Positions 42,643 to 53,605 are shown, numbered from the stretch's first letter. The stretch: DNA of 64,000 nt from Armatimonadota bacterium (GCA_039811685.1 JBDHZC010000007.1:104654-168653); one strand, 5' to 3'. Notes: generated by a model from the letters alone, not told the origin. Made by a program: numbers and translations.

Positions 42643-43591
42643 CGCAGTCTGGAGAATGATAGACGAGGCCTCCTCGATCATTCTTCTGATGCACTGGAAT
42701 CCGGACGGTGACGCGCTTGGCAGCGGGCTGGGCCTGGCTCTGGCGCTCAGAGAGATGGGCAAGGACGCGCACATCGTGTCTTCGCAGGAGATGCCGAAGA
42801 TATACGAGTTTCTGGAGCCTCAACGCGTCGTCGAGGGCTCTTCACCGTGGACTAACCCTGATCTGGTCATCCTGCTGGACTGTGACCGGCCGGAGCGCGC
42901 CGGAGATATGGAGCCACTGGCCTCTGCTGCGCAAAAGACTCTGGTTATTGATCATCACCCCGCAACCTCAGACTTTGGCAGCTTTCGCCTCACAGACGTA
43001 TCCGCGGCCGCAACGGCAGAGGTCATTTTCCACCTGCTCAAGTTCCGAAAAGCGCCTCTGACCTATTCGATCGCTGAAGCTCTGCTCACGGGACTGGTGA
43101 CTGACACGGGGGGGTTTCGTTTTCGCAACACGCGGGCGCAGACTCTGGAAGCGGCCGCAGACCTGACCCGAGTCGGGCCTTCAGTGGCGGAGATCGTCGA
43201 AGCGGTATACGACACGCGCTCGATGAGCAGTCTCAAGCTGATGGCGCGCGCGCTCGAGTCACTCCAACAAAGTCCCAGAGGCAGCGTAGCGTGGGCGACG
43301 CTTTCGCACAACGATTTCATTGAGACGCACGCGATACCGGAGGACACGGAAGGCTTTGTAAATCTCATTCACACGCTCAAAGGAGCCCAAATAGCCGCTA
43401 TCCTGCGCGAAGAACAACCTGGCAGAGTGCGCGTGAGCTTTCGATCAAAGGGGGAGGCGGTAGTGAACGGGGCGGCGGAAGCGCTGGGCGGTGGAGGTCA
43501 CGCGCGCGCCAGCGCATGTATCCTGGAGACGTCACTCCAGGAGGCTGAAGAGCGCGTGCTGGAAGAGCTGAAAAAGTGGACGGAGTTTTAA
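42608..43591 (+). CDS. nrnA: DHH/DHHA1 oligoribonuclease / pAp phosphatase
   Basis: HWNPDGDALGS, IDHH, TDTGGFRF and GGGGHARAS. Confidence 0.9.
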   Translation: MRTKALTPETFDAVWRMIDEASSIILLMHWNPDGDALGSGLGLALALREMGKDAHIVSSQEMPKIYEFLEPQRVVEGSSPWTNPDLVILLDCDRPERAGDMEPLASAAQKTLVIDHHPATSDFGSFRLTDVSAAATAEVIFHLLKFRKAPLTYSIAEALLTGLVTDTGGFRFRNTRAQTLEAAADLTRVGPSVAEIVEAVYDTRSMSSLKLMARALESLQQSPRGSVAWATLSHNDFIETHAIPEDTEGFVNLIHTLKGAQIAAILREEQPGRVRVSFRSKGEAVVNGAAEALGGGGHARASACILETSLQEAEERVLEELKKWTEF

Positions 43592-44502
43592 TAGTCAACA
43601 AGCCCGCCGGATGCACCAGTCACGACGTTGTCGAGATTGTCCGCCGGCGCTTCGGAATACGCAGAGTCGGACACGCCGGCACGCTGGACCCACAGGCGGA
43701 GGGAGTTCTCGTTCTACTTTTGGGACGGGCGACGCGGCTGGCGGAATTCGTGTCCGGCCATCACAAGAAGTACATCGCCAGACTCTTGCTGGGCATATCC
43801 ACTCAGACTCAGGATGCCGAGGGCAGCATTACCGCTGACCACAGTACCCAGCATGTGACAGAAGAGGATCTGAGAGAAGCTGCCGGAGCGTTTCGCGGCC
43901 CCATCCTTCAGATTCCACCGATGTTCAGCGCAGTGAAGGTGGGTGGAAAGAGGCTGCACCGTCTGGCGAGGGCCGGGCAGACCGTCGAGCGCCAGCCGCG
44001 AAAGGTTACGGTATACAGTCTGATTGTCGAGGATTTTCAACCGGGCGAACACGCGCGGGCTACACTTTGCTGTGTGGTCTCCGCCGGTTGCTACATCCGC
44101 ACGCTCTGCTCAGATATTGGCGATAAACTGGGTGTCGGCGGCTGTATGGAGAGTCTGTTACGGACAGCTTCGGGAACATTCGCGCTTGAAGACGCCGTAC
44201 CCCTCTCCGCAATAGAGCGCGCCAGCAGTGACGAATTGAGACGCCAGCTCCTGCCCTCAACCGCAGCCGTCCAGGAGTTCCCGCGCATCGACGTGGACCT
44301 CTGCGACGCGGAAAAGTTTTGTCACGGCGGATTTCTGGAGAGAAGTGAGTGTGACGAAGGTCTGGTGCGAGTACACAGCCATACCGGCGAGCTGCTCGGT
44401 GTCGGACGCTTCGATGGAGAGAGTGCGAGCATCCGGCCGCTGAAAGTGCTGCGGGACGCTCCGAACGACTCACACTCACAGACCATGCCAGATTCGGATT
44501 GA
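43576..44502 (+). CDS. truB: tRNA pseudouridine(55) synthase
   Basis: NKPAGCTSHDVV, GHAGTLDP, PPMFSAVK and GCYIRTL. Confidence 0.96.
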   Translation: MDGVLIVNKPAGCTSHDVVEIVRRRFGIRRVGHAGTLDPQAEGVLVLLLGRATRLAEFVSGHHKKYIARLLLGISTQTQDAEGSITADHSTQHVTEEDLREAAGAFRGPILQIPPMFSAVKVGGKRLHRLARAGQTVERQPRKVTVYSLIVEDFQPGEHARATLCCVVSAGCYIRTLCSDIGDKLGVGGCMESLLRTASGTFALEDAVPLSAIERASSDELRRQLLPSTAAVQEFPRIDVDLCDAEKFCHGGFLERSECDEGLVRVHSHTGELLGVGRFDGESASIRPLKVLRDAPNDSHSQTMPDSD

Positions 44503-44554
44503 CTTGTCGCGTGAGTCTGCAATGGGCTGCTGGAGTCGAAGAGAAGGGCGGAGA

Positions 44555-45502
44555 GTGAGCGTTTTCTGGGGGTTGGACAATTTCAAGGCGCCGGACTCGG
44601 GCGTAGCCGTTACGATAGGTACCTTCGATGGAGTGCATCTGGGGCATCAGGCGCTGCTCGAACAACTGGTGAGCACGGGCCGCCAGCAAAATCTTCCAAC
44701 TGTGGCGCTGACCTTTGATTGCCATCCTCTTGAAATACTCGCGCCTCAGAAGACCCCTCCTCTCATTCAGACTGCGTCAGATCGCATTCATCGATTGGCT
44801 GACAGCGGTGTTCAGGACGTTATCGCTCTTCACTTTGATGAGGCGATGGCCCATATGGAGCCGCGAGACTTCGTTCAGCAAGTCCTGCTCGATCGAATTC
44901 ACACAAAAGCGCTTGTCGTCGGTGAGAACTTCAGATTCGGGCGGGCGCGATCTGGAACTCCGGCTCTGCTGAAGACTCTGGGCGAAGAGCTCGGTTTTTC
45001 CGTGGCTATAGTCCCTCCCCTTGTTGTTGACGGACGCCAAATCTCCAGTACCCTTGTTCGTCTGAGCGTGGCAAGTGGTGACGTGCGGCAGGCAGCGCGA
45101 CTGCTGGGCGCAACCTTCCGTGTAAAGGGCGTGGTGGTGCACGGTGATGGACGCGGGCGCGAGATTGGTTACCCGACCGCTAATATTGATGTCCCCACCA
45201 AATATCTGAAGCCTGGCAATGGAGTGTACGCGGTGACCGGGCGCTTTGGTGACACGGCGATTCGCGGCGCGGCCAGCATCGGCACCCGGCCGACTGTGGG
45301 CGGCACAACGCTGACGCTCGAGGTGTATCTGATCGGCTTTGACGGCGACCTGTACGGGCAGGAAATGGAAGTGCTGTTTCTTGACAAGCTGCGCGACGAG
45401 GAAAAGTTCGAAAGCATTGAAGAAATGGTGACGCAGATTGGCAAAGACGTACACGCAGCTTTGCAGACTTCTGAGCCGGCGGCCGAGCTCGCCGCTAGAT
45501 AA
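44555..45502 (+). CDS. ribF: Bifunctional riboflavin kinase / FAD synthetase
   Basis: IGTFDGVHLGHQ, ISSTLVR, GYPTAN and LRDEEKF. Confidence 0.96.
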   Translation: MSVFWGLDNFKAPDSGVAVTIGTFDGVHLGHQALLEQLVSTGRQQNLPTVALTFDCHPLEILAPQKTPPLIQTASDRIHRLADSGVQDVIALHFDEAMAHMEPRDFVQQVLLDRIHTKALVVGENFRFGRARSGTPALLKTLGEELGFSVAIVPPLVVDGRQISSTLVRLSVASGDVRQAARLLGATFRVKGVVVHGDGRGREIGYPTANIDVPTKYLKPGNGVYAVTGRFGDTAIRGAASIGTRPTVGGTTLTLEVYLIGFDGDLYGQEMEVLFLDKLRDEEKFESIEEMVTQIGKDVHAALQTSEPAAELAAR

Positions 45503-45630
45503 CTCCTCCTCACAACTTCTTCAGCGAACTCTCGAAGGGCAGGCGCGCACCGGCGGATAAGGGGCACTACGGCTGCCAGCGCGGGCCAGCCTCACTATAT
45601 ACCCCTACCCTATGAAATAAGGAGTCAGCT

Positions 45631-46275
45631 ATGAAAAAAGCTCTGATTGTCTGGGGCGGCTGGGACGGGCATGAGCCGAAGCAGTGCGCCGATATCTTTG
45701 CGCCAATTCTGCAGGAGAAGGGCTTCGATGTGAAAGTTTCCGACTCCATGGACCCTTACAAAGACGCGGACTATATGAGCTCTTTGAGCCTCATAGTCCC
45801 CGTCTGGACGATGGGTCAGATTGAAGGCGAGCAGGAGAGCGGGCTACTCAGCGCTATCAAGAGTGGCGTTGGCGTGGCCGGATGGCACGGCGGTATGGGC
45901 GACGCTTTCCGCAACAACACCGAATACCAGTTTATGGTTGGCGGACAGTGGGTGGCGCATCCCGGGAACGTCATTGACTACAAAGTCAATATCACCAACG
46001 GTGATGACCCAATCACACAGGGACTGTCAGACTTCGCTATGCACTCTGAGCAGTATTATATGCATGTTGACCCTTCCAACGAAGTGCTGGCGACAACGAC
46101 TTTCAATGGTGCGCATGCGGCATGGATTGACGGCTGCGTGATGCCGGTAGTCTGGAAGCGCAAATACGGAAATGGTCGCGTCTTTTACTCTTCTCTGGGA
46201 CATGTCGCTGCAGACTTTGACGTACCCGAAGCCAGAGAGATTCAGGTGCGCGGCATGATGTGGGCAGCGCGCTAG
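45631..46275 (+). CDS. ThuA-like domain protein
   Basis: [33 protein letters not shown] and [10 protein letters not shown]. Confidence 0.88.
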   Translation: MKKALIVWGGWDGHEPKQCADIFAPILQEKGFDVKVSDSMDPYKDADYMSSLSLIVPVWTMGQIEGEQESGLLSAIKSGVGVAGWHGGMGDAFRNNTEYQFMVGGQWVAHPGNVIDYKVNITNGDDPITQGLSDFAMHSEQYYMHVDPSNEVLATTTFNGAHAAWIDGCVMPVVWKRKYGNGRVFYSSLGHVAADFDVPEAREIQVRGMMWAAR

Positions 46276-46296
46276 CGGAAAGGGCCGGACAAGACA

Positions 46297-47400
46297 ATGG
46301 CTGAAGCTACGAAAGTCGGCATCATTGGATGCGGCAATATCAGCGACATTTACTTCCAGAATCTTCAGAAGTACGAGACGACGGAAGTGGTTGCGTGCGC
46401 TGATCTTTTCCTGGAGCGGGCACGGGAGAAAGCGGCAAAGTGGAATGTTCCGAAGGCGTGTTCTCCTGAGGAGCTGCTGAGCGATCCGGACGTTAAAATC
46501 GTTGTCAACCTGACGATTCCGATTGCTCATGCGGAGGTCTCGCAGATGGCGGTGGAAGCTGGCAAGTCTTCTCACTGCGAAAAACCTCTCACGATAACGC
46601 GTGAAGACGGAAAGCGCCTGCTGGCCACAGCCAGGGACAAAGGCGTGCGGATTGGCGCGGCGCCGGACACCTTCATGGGCGCAGGTATTCAGACGTGCCG
46701 CGAGCTTCTGGACTCCGGGGCGATAGGCGAGCCGGTGGCGTGCACGGCATTCATGGTGTGTCACGGGCATGAAAGCTGGCATCCTGATCCCGAGTTTTAC
46801 TACAAACTCGGCGGGGGGCCGATGTTTGACATGGGGCCGTACTATCTGACAGCGCTTGTCAATCTACTGGGCCCCGTCAAGAGAGTGACAGGGTCCACCC
46901 GCATCACCTTTCCGGAGCGCAGGATAACCAGTGAGCCAAAGCGTGGTCAGGTTATCAAAGTGGACGTACCGACGCACATCGCGGGAGTCATGGACTTTCA
47001 GAGCGGGGCTATAGGCACGATCATCCAGAGCTTCGACGTCTGGCATCACCGCCTGCCCTGTATCGAGATCTATGGCACGGAAGGATCCATGCAGGTTCCG
47101 GATCCCAATGGCTTTGGCGGGCCGGTGCGCATCCGCAAGCAGGGTGATTCTGACTGGCAGGATGTGGAGATCACGCGGCCGTACGCGGAAAACTCCCGCG
47201 GCATCGGCGTGGCGGACATGGCCTGCGCAATCAGCTCAGGACGCAAACACCGCGCCAGTGGCGATCTGGCCTATCACGTGCTTGACCTGATGCACGCCTT
47301 CCACGACGCCTCAGACGAAGGCAGGCATATCCTGGTGCAGAGCACCTGCGAGCGCCCTGCCCCGATGCCTGTAAGCGGCGAAAACGGCAAGCTCGACTAA
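46297..47400 (+). CDS. Gfo/Idh/MocA family oxidoreductase
   Basis: [21 protein letters not shown] and [12 protein letters not shown]. Confidence 0.93.
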   Translation: MAEATKVGIIGCGNISDIYFQNLQKYETTEVVACADLFLERAREKAAKWNVPKACSPEELLSDPDVKIVVNLTIPIAHAEVSQMAVEAGKSSHCEKPLTITREDGKRLLATARDKGVRIGAAPDTFMGAGIQTCRELLDSGAIGEPVACTAFMVCHGHESWHPDPEFYYKLGGGPMFDMGPYYLTALVNLLGPVKRVTGSTRITFPERRITSEPKRGQVIKVDVPTHIAGVMDFQSGAIGTIIQSFDVWHHRLPCIEIYGTEGSMQVPDPNGFGGPVRIRKQGDSDWQDVEITRPYAENSRGIGVADMACAISSGRKHRASGDLAYHVLDLMHAFHDASDEGRHILVQSTCERPAPMPVSGENGKLD

Positions 47401-47504
47401 CAGGCTCTGAAGGGTCTGTCTGTGCTGATACAAGCGGGGCGCAGTTGTCCGCGCCCCGCTCTCTGCTTCTGCCGCGCACTTGAGCGCAATCCCGGAAAGC
47501 TGTC

Positions 47505-47534
47505 TTGACGCCGCCCGCGCGCCCGCTCTATGAT
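47505..47534 (+). promoter_or_regulatory. Sigma70 promoter of the hsd locus
   Basis: TTGACG-18 nt-TATGAT, ~57 nt before the hsdM ATG. Confidence 0.55.
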
Positions 47535-47591
47535 GAGACCGGCGCAAGAAACGCCGCCAACATCCATTGCGCTGAGGAAACGCCCGCTTAT

Positions 47592-49046
47592 ATGTTTGAA
47601 CAAGCCTTCAGGAACATTGACGATGTTCTCCGCAAAGAAGCCGGATGCACCACCGAGCTGGACTACACAGAGCAGACCTCCTGGCTGCTTTTTCTGAAGT
47701 ATCTTGACGGCCTCGAACAGGACCGCGCCACCGAAGCGGCGCTTGACCGCAGGCCCTACAGCTACATTCTGGATGAGCCATACCGCTGGAACGCCTGGGC
47801 GGCCCCGCATGATTCTGACGGGAATCCAGACCGGCAGCGGCAGATGATAGGGGATGACCTGGCAGGGTTCGTGAACGCGAAGCTGTTTCCGTATCTTCAG
47901 GGCTTCAGCCAGCGCGCCAGTGGCCCAAAGACGATTGAGTACAAGATCGGGCAGATATTCGGCGAGATCAAGAACAAAATCACCAGCGGCTACAACCTGC
48001 GTGAGATTATTGACCAGATTGACGCGCTGCGGTTCCGGTCACAGAAAGAGAAGTACGAACTCTCGCACCTGTACGAAGCGAAGATACAGAATATGGGCAA
48101 CGCGGGGCGCAACGGCGGCGAGTACTACACCCCGCGCCCGCTTATTCGCGCTATCGCGAAGGTTGTCAACCCGCAGATTGGCGAGACGGTTTACGACGGC
48201 GCATGCGGCTCAGCCGGCTTCCTTTGCGAAGCGTTCGACTATATGAAAGAGAAGCCGAACCTTACGACGGAAGAGATGGAGACGCTTCAGACGCGCACTT
48301 TCTACGGGCGGGAGAAGAAGCCGCTGGCCTTTGTGATTGGCACGATGAATATGATTCTGCACGGGATTGACGCTCCGGAGATAGAGCACGTCAATACGCT
48401 GGCGCAGAACGAGATGGAGATACAGGAGGCGGACCGCAAAGATGTCATCCTCGCCAATCCTCCGTTTGGCGGCAAGGAGCGCGCGGAAGTGCAGCAGAAC
48501 TTTTCCATCCGCACGGGAGAGACAGCGTTTCTGTTTTTGCAGCATTTCATCCGCATGCTTCGCGCAGGCGGGCGCGCGGGCGTAGTGATCAAGAATACGT
48601 TTCTCTCAAACACGGATAACGCCTCCGTCAGTCTGCGCAAGCGGCTTCTGGAAACCTGCAACCTGCACACGATTCTGGACTGCCCGAGTGGGACGTTTCA
48701 GGGGGCTGGCGTGAAAACCGTGGTGTTGTTCTTCGAGAAGGGCGCGCCTACACAGAAGGTCTGGTACTACCAGCTTGACCCGGGACGCAGCCTGGGGAAA
48801 ACAAATCCACTGAACGATGACGACCTGCAGGAGTTTGTGACACTTCAGAAGGACTTCGCAGATTCTCAGCAATCCTGGACGGTGGAAGCCGCGTCTATCA
48901 ACCGCGAAACGTGGGATCTGTCCGTAAGGAACCCGAACAATGGCGTGGAAGCAAAGTATCGCACGCCGCAGGAGATCATCGAAGAGATAGAAACCCTGGA
49001 CCGCGAGAGCGCCGAGCTGTTGAAGTCAATACGGGGGCTGCTGTGA
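47592..49046 (+). CDS. hsdM: Type I restriction-modification N6-adenine methyltransferase
   Basis: GEYYTPR, YDGACGSAGF (motif I) and ANPPF (motif IV). Confidence 0.95.
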   Translation: MFEQAFRNIDDVLRKEAGCTTELDYTEQTSWLLFLKYLDGLEQDRATEAALDRRPYSYILDEPYRWNAWAAPHDSDGNPDRQRQMIGDDLAGFVNAKLFPYLQGFSQRASGPKTIEYKIGQIFGEIKNKITSGYNLREIIDQIDALRFRSQKEKYELSHLYEAKIQNMGNAGRNGGEYYTPRPLIRAIAKVVNPQIGETVYDGACGSAGFLCEAFDYMKEKPNLTTEEMETLQTRTFYGREKKPLAFVIGTMNMILHGIDAPEIEHVNTLAQNEMEIQEADRKDVILANPPFGGKERAEVQQNFSIRTGETAFLFLQHFIRMLRAGGRAGVVIKNTFLSNTDNASVSLRKRLLETCNLHTILDCPSGTFQGAGVKTVVLFFEKGAPTQKVWYYQLDPGRSLGKTNPLNDDDLQEFVTLQKDFADSQQSWTVEAASINRETWDLSVRNPNNGVEAKYRTPQEIIEEIETLDRESAELLKSIRGLL

Positions 49047-50254
49047 AACAGGCCTTTAGCACCGAGAGTCTTGGAGCTATCTGCGGGATAGAAATTGGCC
49101 GGACACCTTCACGATCAAACCCTCAACTGTGGGACGCGTCGAAGAAAACCGGGAACGTGTGGCTATCAATTGCGGACTTGGCAAACGGCCAGGGTCACAC
49201 CGTTTTCGATAGCCGGGAATACATTTCGCACGAAGCGGCTTCGCAATGCAGACTTGTGTCAAAAGGAACTCTGCTTGTGAGCTTCAAGTTAACGCTCGGT
49301 CGTCTTGCATTTGCGGGACGAGATCTGTATACGAATGAGGCCATTGCGGCCCTGCGCCTAAAGACAACCGAGGTTAGCCCAGCCTATCTGTACTACTATC
49401 TAACTTTTTTTGACTGGGAAGACGCGTGTCAAGGAGACACAAAGATAAAAGGCAGGACGCTCAACAAGGCTAAGCTGGCCCGGATACTTGTCCGAGTCCC
49501 GCCCCTCCCGGAGCAGCGGCGGATTGTGGCGATTCTGGACAAAGCTTTCGCCGCCATTGACAAGGCCAGGGCAAATACCGAAAAGAACCTCGCCAACGCA
49601 CGGGAGCTGTTCGAGAGCTATCTGAATGAGGTGTTCACGAAGAGGGGAGAGGGGTGGCAGACGATCCCCTTGGCCGAAGCAGTTACGGTTGACTGCACTC
49701 TATCCTATGGCATTGTCCAGCCAGGGCCAGAGTGTGACACCGGTCTGCCGGTAGTGCGGCCAGTTGACCTTCTTGGGAAGGCCGTTGGCCTTGCCGGTCT
49801 GAAGCGGATCAAGCCTATATTGGCCGCCAGGTACAAGCGTACTACTCTGCAGGGCAACGAGTTGCTCTTAGCGGTTCGCGGAAGCACGGGCGTAGTCGCG
49901 CTTGCAGCCCCAGAACTGGAGGGGGCGAACGTGACCAGGGGCATTGTCCCGGTACGGCTGGAGCCGACCCTGGTTCACAAGCACTTCAGCTACTACCTCT
50001 TTCTATCGCCGCTAGTAAAGGACCAGATAGCTGCGGCCACATATGGGGCGGCACTGCAGGGGATAAACATTGCTGATGTCCGCAAGGTCCGACTTGCATT
50101 GCCGCCTCTGGGACAGCAGGCGGAGATTGCAGCCTCCCTAGAAGCGGTGGACAGAGCTTGCGGCGGCCTTGGCGCAAAAGCAACGCGCAGGCTCGCCACC
50201 CTCGACGAATTGAAGAAATCGCTGCTGCATCAGGCGTTTGAGGGGGAGCTGTAG
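49043..50254 (+). CDS. hsdS: Type I restriction-modification specificity subunit
   Basis: Two TRDs followed by PPLPEQRRIV and PPLGQQAEI helices, ending LHQAFEGEL. GTGA overlap with hsdM. Confidence 0.93.
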   Translation: MKQAFSTESLGAICGIEIGRTPSRSNPQLWDASKKTGNVWLSIADLANGQGHTVFDSREYISHEAASQCRLVSKGTLLVSFKLTLGRLAFAGRDLYTNEAIAALRLKTTEVSPAYLYYYLTFFDWEDACQGDTKIKGRTLNKAKLARILVRVPPLPEQRRIVAILDKAFAAIDKARANTEKNLANARELFESYLNEVFTKRGEGWQTIPLAEAVTVDCTLSYGIVQPGPECDTGLPVVRPVDLLGKAVGLAGLKRIKPILAARYKRTTLQGNELLLAVRGSTGVVALAAPELEGANVTRGIVPVRLEPTLVHKHFSYYLFLSPLVKDQIAAATYGAALQGINIADVRKVRLALPPLGQQAEIAASLEAVDRACGGLGAKATRRLATLDELKKSLLHQAFEGEL

Positions 50255-50277
50255 CGGATGCAAGTCAGAACCGTAAC

Positions 50278-50892
50278 TTGTCCACGCAGATTGAGGAGGG
50301 GCCGCTCGTTCTGACTTCAGTGCCACCGACCTTTATGCTGATAGCAGGCCCGAATGGAGCGGGCAAGACTACGTCGGCTAATCTACTGCTCCCGGAGACA
50401 ACGCCGTACGTCAACGCGGACAATATTGCGCGCAACCTACCGCCGCGACCTGGGCGCAGCCTTGACGTGGAAGCAGGACGCCGCATGCTGCAGGAAGTAG
50501 ACCGGCTCCTGAAATCTGGCTCCGATGTCGCGGTAGAAACAACGCTGGCAGCGCGATCTTTTGTTCGGCGCGTACTTTTTGCGAAGCAGAAGGGTTATCA
50601 GGTATGGTTGATCTTCCTGTGGCTGCCCTCCCCGGACCTGGCGATAGCACGGGTCGCACAGCGCGTTGAGAGTGGAGGGCATTCCGTGCCGGAGCCAGTC
50701 ATCCGGCGGCGCTACTGTCGCGGGATCCAGAATTTCTTCCGGCTCTACCGGGCTGCTGTGGATGGCTGGCGCTTTTACGACAGCAGCCCGCTCTATGCGC
50801 CCAAAGTCATTGCCACAAGGCTGCCAGGCCAGGAGGAAACTGTGCTCAGCCCTGAGGTATGGGATAAGATCATGAAGGAGTCCAACCTATGA
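50278..50892 (+). CDS. Zeta-toxin-like P-loop ATPase/kinase
   Basis: IAGPNGAGKTT, VNAD, ETTL and RVAQRVESGGHSVP. Start uncertain (could be 50320). Confidence 0.85.
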   Translation: MSTQIEEGPLVLTSVPPTFMLIAGPNGAGKTTSANLLLPETTPYVNADNIARNLPPRPGRSLDVEAGRRMLQEVDRLLKSGSDVAVETTLAARSFVRRVLFAKQKGYQVWLIFLWLPSPDLAIARVAQRVESGGHSVPEPVIRRRYCRGIQNFFRLYRAAVDGWRFYDSSPLYAPKVIATRLPGQEETVLSPEVWDKIMKESNL

Positions 50893-51083
50893 CGGATATC
50901 AAGAAGCATCCCCTTGCCGAGCGTCTCAGCAACTGTACACGCATTGACGCCCTCATCCGCAGGGCTATGAGGGAGGCCGTATCGGAGCACAGACGTGCAG
51001 GCCGCGCGGTAGCCACATGGGAGAATGGTAAGGTCGTACTGGTCGCGCCACAGCCCCCATCCGCACGGCGTCCAAAGGATTAG
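50889..51083 (+). CDS. Small protein, putative partner or antitoxin of the zeta-like ATPase
   Basis: AAGGAG RBS, ATGA overlap with the upstream gene, and AVSEHRRAG...WENGKVV pattern. Confidence 0.65.
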   Translation: MTDIKKHPLAERLSNCTRIDALIRRAMREAVSEHRRAGRAVATWENGKVVLVAPQPPSARRPKD

Positions 51084-51105
51084 TCCAGCACTGCGACGCG
51101 CAACA

Positions 51106-53508
51106 ATGAACGAAGCCGAAACCAGAGCTGAACATATTGATCCCGCACTGAAGGAGGCTGGCTGGGGCGTTGCAGAGGGCAGCCGCATCCTGCGCGAGCA
51201 CCGCATCACCTTGGGGCGTATCGAGAGCAAGCATCAGGGCGTTCTGAAGCGGGCGGAGCCGACCGTCGCGGACTACGTGCTCGTAGTGCGCAACCGCAAG
51301 CTGGCCGTCATCGAAGCCAAACCCTGGGATGCGCCTGTGACCGAAGGTCTCGGAAAGGCCAAGCGCTATGCCGAGCTAATGGAGGCGCCCTTTGCGTTCT
51401 CTACCAACGGACAGGGCATTTACCGCGTGGATATGCGCTCCGGCACGGAAGGCCACGTCGCACAGTACCCCACACCGGAGGAGCTCTGGAACCTCACGTT
51501 CGGCGCGGGCAATGAATGGCGCGACCGCTTCGCCGCTGTTCTGCCTGCAGATGCGGGCAGTCAGTTTCAAACGCGCTACTACCAGGACATCGCCATCGAG
51601 CGCACGCTGCAGGCTATCGCGGATGGCAAGGACCGCCTGCTTCTGACGCTGGCTACCGGCACAGGCAAGACGTTCATCGCCTTCCAGATCTGCTGGAAAC
51701 TGTTTCACGCGCGCTGGAATCTGAGCCGCCAGCCCACACGCCTGCCACGCATCCTGTTTCTGGCGGATCGCAATGTGCTCGCTAATCAGGCTTTCAACGC
51801 CTTTTCAAGGTTTCCAGACGACGCAATGACACGCGTTGACCCGGCCTCCATCCGCAGGAAAGGGCGAGTGCCGACTAACGCCAGCTTGTTCTTTACGATT
51901 TTTCAGACCTTTATGTGCGGCCCGGAGGTGGACGGAAAACCCTCACCCTACTTCGGTGACTATCCGGCTGATTTCTTCGACTTTATTATCATAGACGAAT
52001 GCCACCGCGGCGGCGCAAGCAATGAGAGCACCTGGCGCGGGATTCTGGAATACTTCAAGCACGCCGTGCAGCTTGGGCTAACCGCAACGCCCCGCCGCGA
52101 TGAGAACATTGACACCTATCGCTACTTCGGCGAACCGATCTATACCTATTCGCTGAAGCAGGGCATCAACGACGGATACCTCACACCGTTTCGCCTGAAG
52201 CAGTACGCGACGACTATAGATGAGTATCTGTACGCGCCAGACGACGCAGTTGTCGAAGGGGAGATTGAGGAAGGCCGCCGCTACAAGGAATCAGACTTCA
52301 ACCGCATCATCGAGATCAAAGAGCGCGAAAAGTTCCGCGTCAATCTATTCATGCAGCAGATTGACCAGAATGAAAAAACCCTTGTATTCTGCGCTTCGCA
52401 GGAGCACGCCCTGGCCGTCCGAGACCTGATCAACGAGCTTAAGACAGTTGGCGACCCCAACTACTGTCACCGGGTGACGGCCGATGAGGGCGAATTAGGG
52501 GAGCTGCATCTGCGCGAGTTTCAAGACAACGAGCGCACGACCCCGACCATTCTTACTACGTCGCACAAGCTGTCCACGGGCGTGGATGCGCTGAATATCC
52601 GGAATATCGTGCTGATGCGGCCAATCAGGTCGCTGATCGAGTTCAAACAGATTATCGGCCGCGGAACGAGGCTCTACGAAGGCAAGGCGTACTTCACCAT
52701 CCACGACTTTGTAAAAGCCTATGAACATTTCAACGATCCGGAGTGGGACGGCGAACCTGTCGAGCCAGACCTCTGCCCGAAGTGTGGAGAGTCCCCCTGC
52801 ACCTGCGAGAAAACCCCTCCTCCGCCTCCTCCAACATGCCCGGTGTGTGGTAAGAGCCCTTGCGAATGTCCGCGCGAACCTTGCCCCGTCTGCGGACAGG
52901 TTCGGTGTATCTGTAAACGCAACAGGATAGTCGTCAAGCTCGCGGACGGGAAAGAGCGACGCCTGCAGGCGATGATGGCGACGGGCTTCTACCATCCGGA
53001 CGGCAAGCCGATGTCCGCGCAGCAGTTTCTGGAGGCGCTGTTTGGGAGACTGCCGGAGTTCTTCAAGGATGAGGACGAGCTGCGCCAGATATGGGCTGAC
53101 CCTGAAACCCGGACAAAGCTTCTCCAATCGCTCGAAACAGAGGGCTTCGGCCTGGAGGCGCTCCGGGAGATGCAGAGACTGATACAGGCTGAAGACAGCG
53201 ATCTGTTCGACGTGCTGGCTTACGTGGCTTACGCGACCGACACGGTAACTCGCGAACAGCGAGCCTCCCTTGCTATGCGGCGCATTGGGGCGGAGTACGA
53301 AGAGAAGCAGCGCGCCTTCATTGAGTTTGTGCTGGGGCACTATGTCAACGTGGGTGTCGAGGAGCTCGCGCCGGAGAAACTGAACGCCCTGCTCAAGCTC
53401 CGGTACCATTCAGCCATCGCAGACGCAACAGCAGACCTCGGCTCACCCCGTCAGATACGGCAGATATTCGACGGATTTCAAAAGTACCTGTACGTTCCGC
53501 AGCAGTAG
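51106..53508 (+). CDS. hsdR: Type I restriction endonuclease R subunit (EcoEI/EcoAI-like)
   Basis: ADY...VIEAK nuclease motif, ATGTGKT, DECH, LTATP and QIIGRGTR. Confidence 0.95.
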   Translation: MNEAETRAEHIDPALKEAGWGVAEGSRILREHRITLGRIESKHQGVLKRAEPTVADYVLVVRNRKLAVIEAKPWDAPVTEGLGKAKRYAELMEAPFAFSTNGQGIYRVDMRSGTEGHVAQYPTPEELWNLTFGAGNEWRDRFAAVLPADAGSQFQTRYYQDIAIERTLQAIADGKDRLLLTLATGTGKTFIAFQICWKLFHARWNLSRQPTRLPRILFLADRNVLANQAFNAFSRFPDDAMTRVDPASIRRKGRVPTNASLFFTIFQTFMCGPEVDGKPSPYFGDYPADFFDFIIIDECHRGGASNESTWRGILEYFKHAVQLGLTATPRRDENIDTYRYFGEPIYTYSLKQGINDGYLTPFRLKQYATTIDEYLYAPDDAVVEGEIEEGRRYKESDFNRIIEIKEREKFRVNLFMQQIDQNEKTLVFCASQEHALAVRDLINELKTVGDPNYCHRVTADEGELGELHLREFQDNERTTPTILTTSHKLSTGVDALNIRNIVLMRPIRSLIEFKQIIGRGTRLYEGKAYFTIHDFVKAYEHFNDPEWDGEPVEPDLCPKCGESPCTCEKTPPPPPPTCPVCGKSPCECPREPCPVCGQVRCICKRNRIVVKLADGKERRLQAMMATGFYHPDGKPMSAQQFLEALFGRLPEFFKDEDELRQIWADPETRTKLLQSLETEGFGLEALREMQRLIQAEDSDLFDVLAYVAYATDTVTREQRASLAMRRIGAEYEEKQRAFIEFVLGHYVNVGVEELAPEKLNALLKLRYHSAIADATADLGSPRQIRQIFDGFQKYLYVPQQ

Positions 53509-53605
53509 CGATGGACATCTTTTGACACTGTCTGACACTCCACTTTCAGGTTCTCTGCCCACAGTTGGGTATGGCCCCCTACAGACGAAGAAGGATGAGA
53601 CGGAA

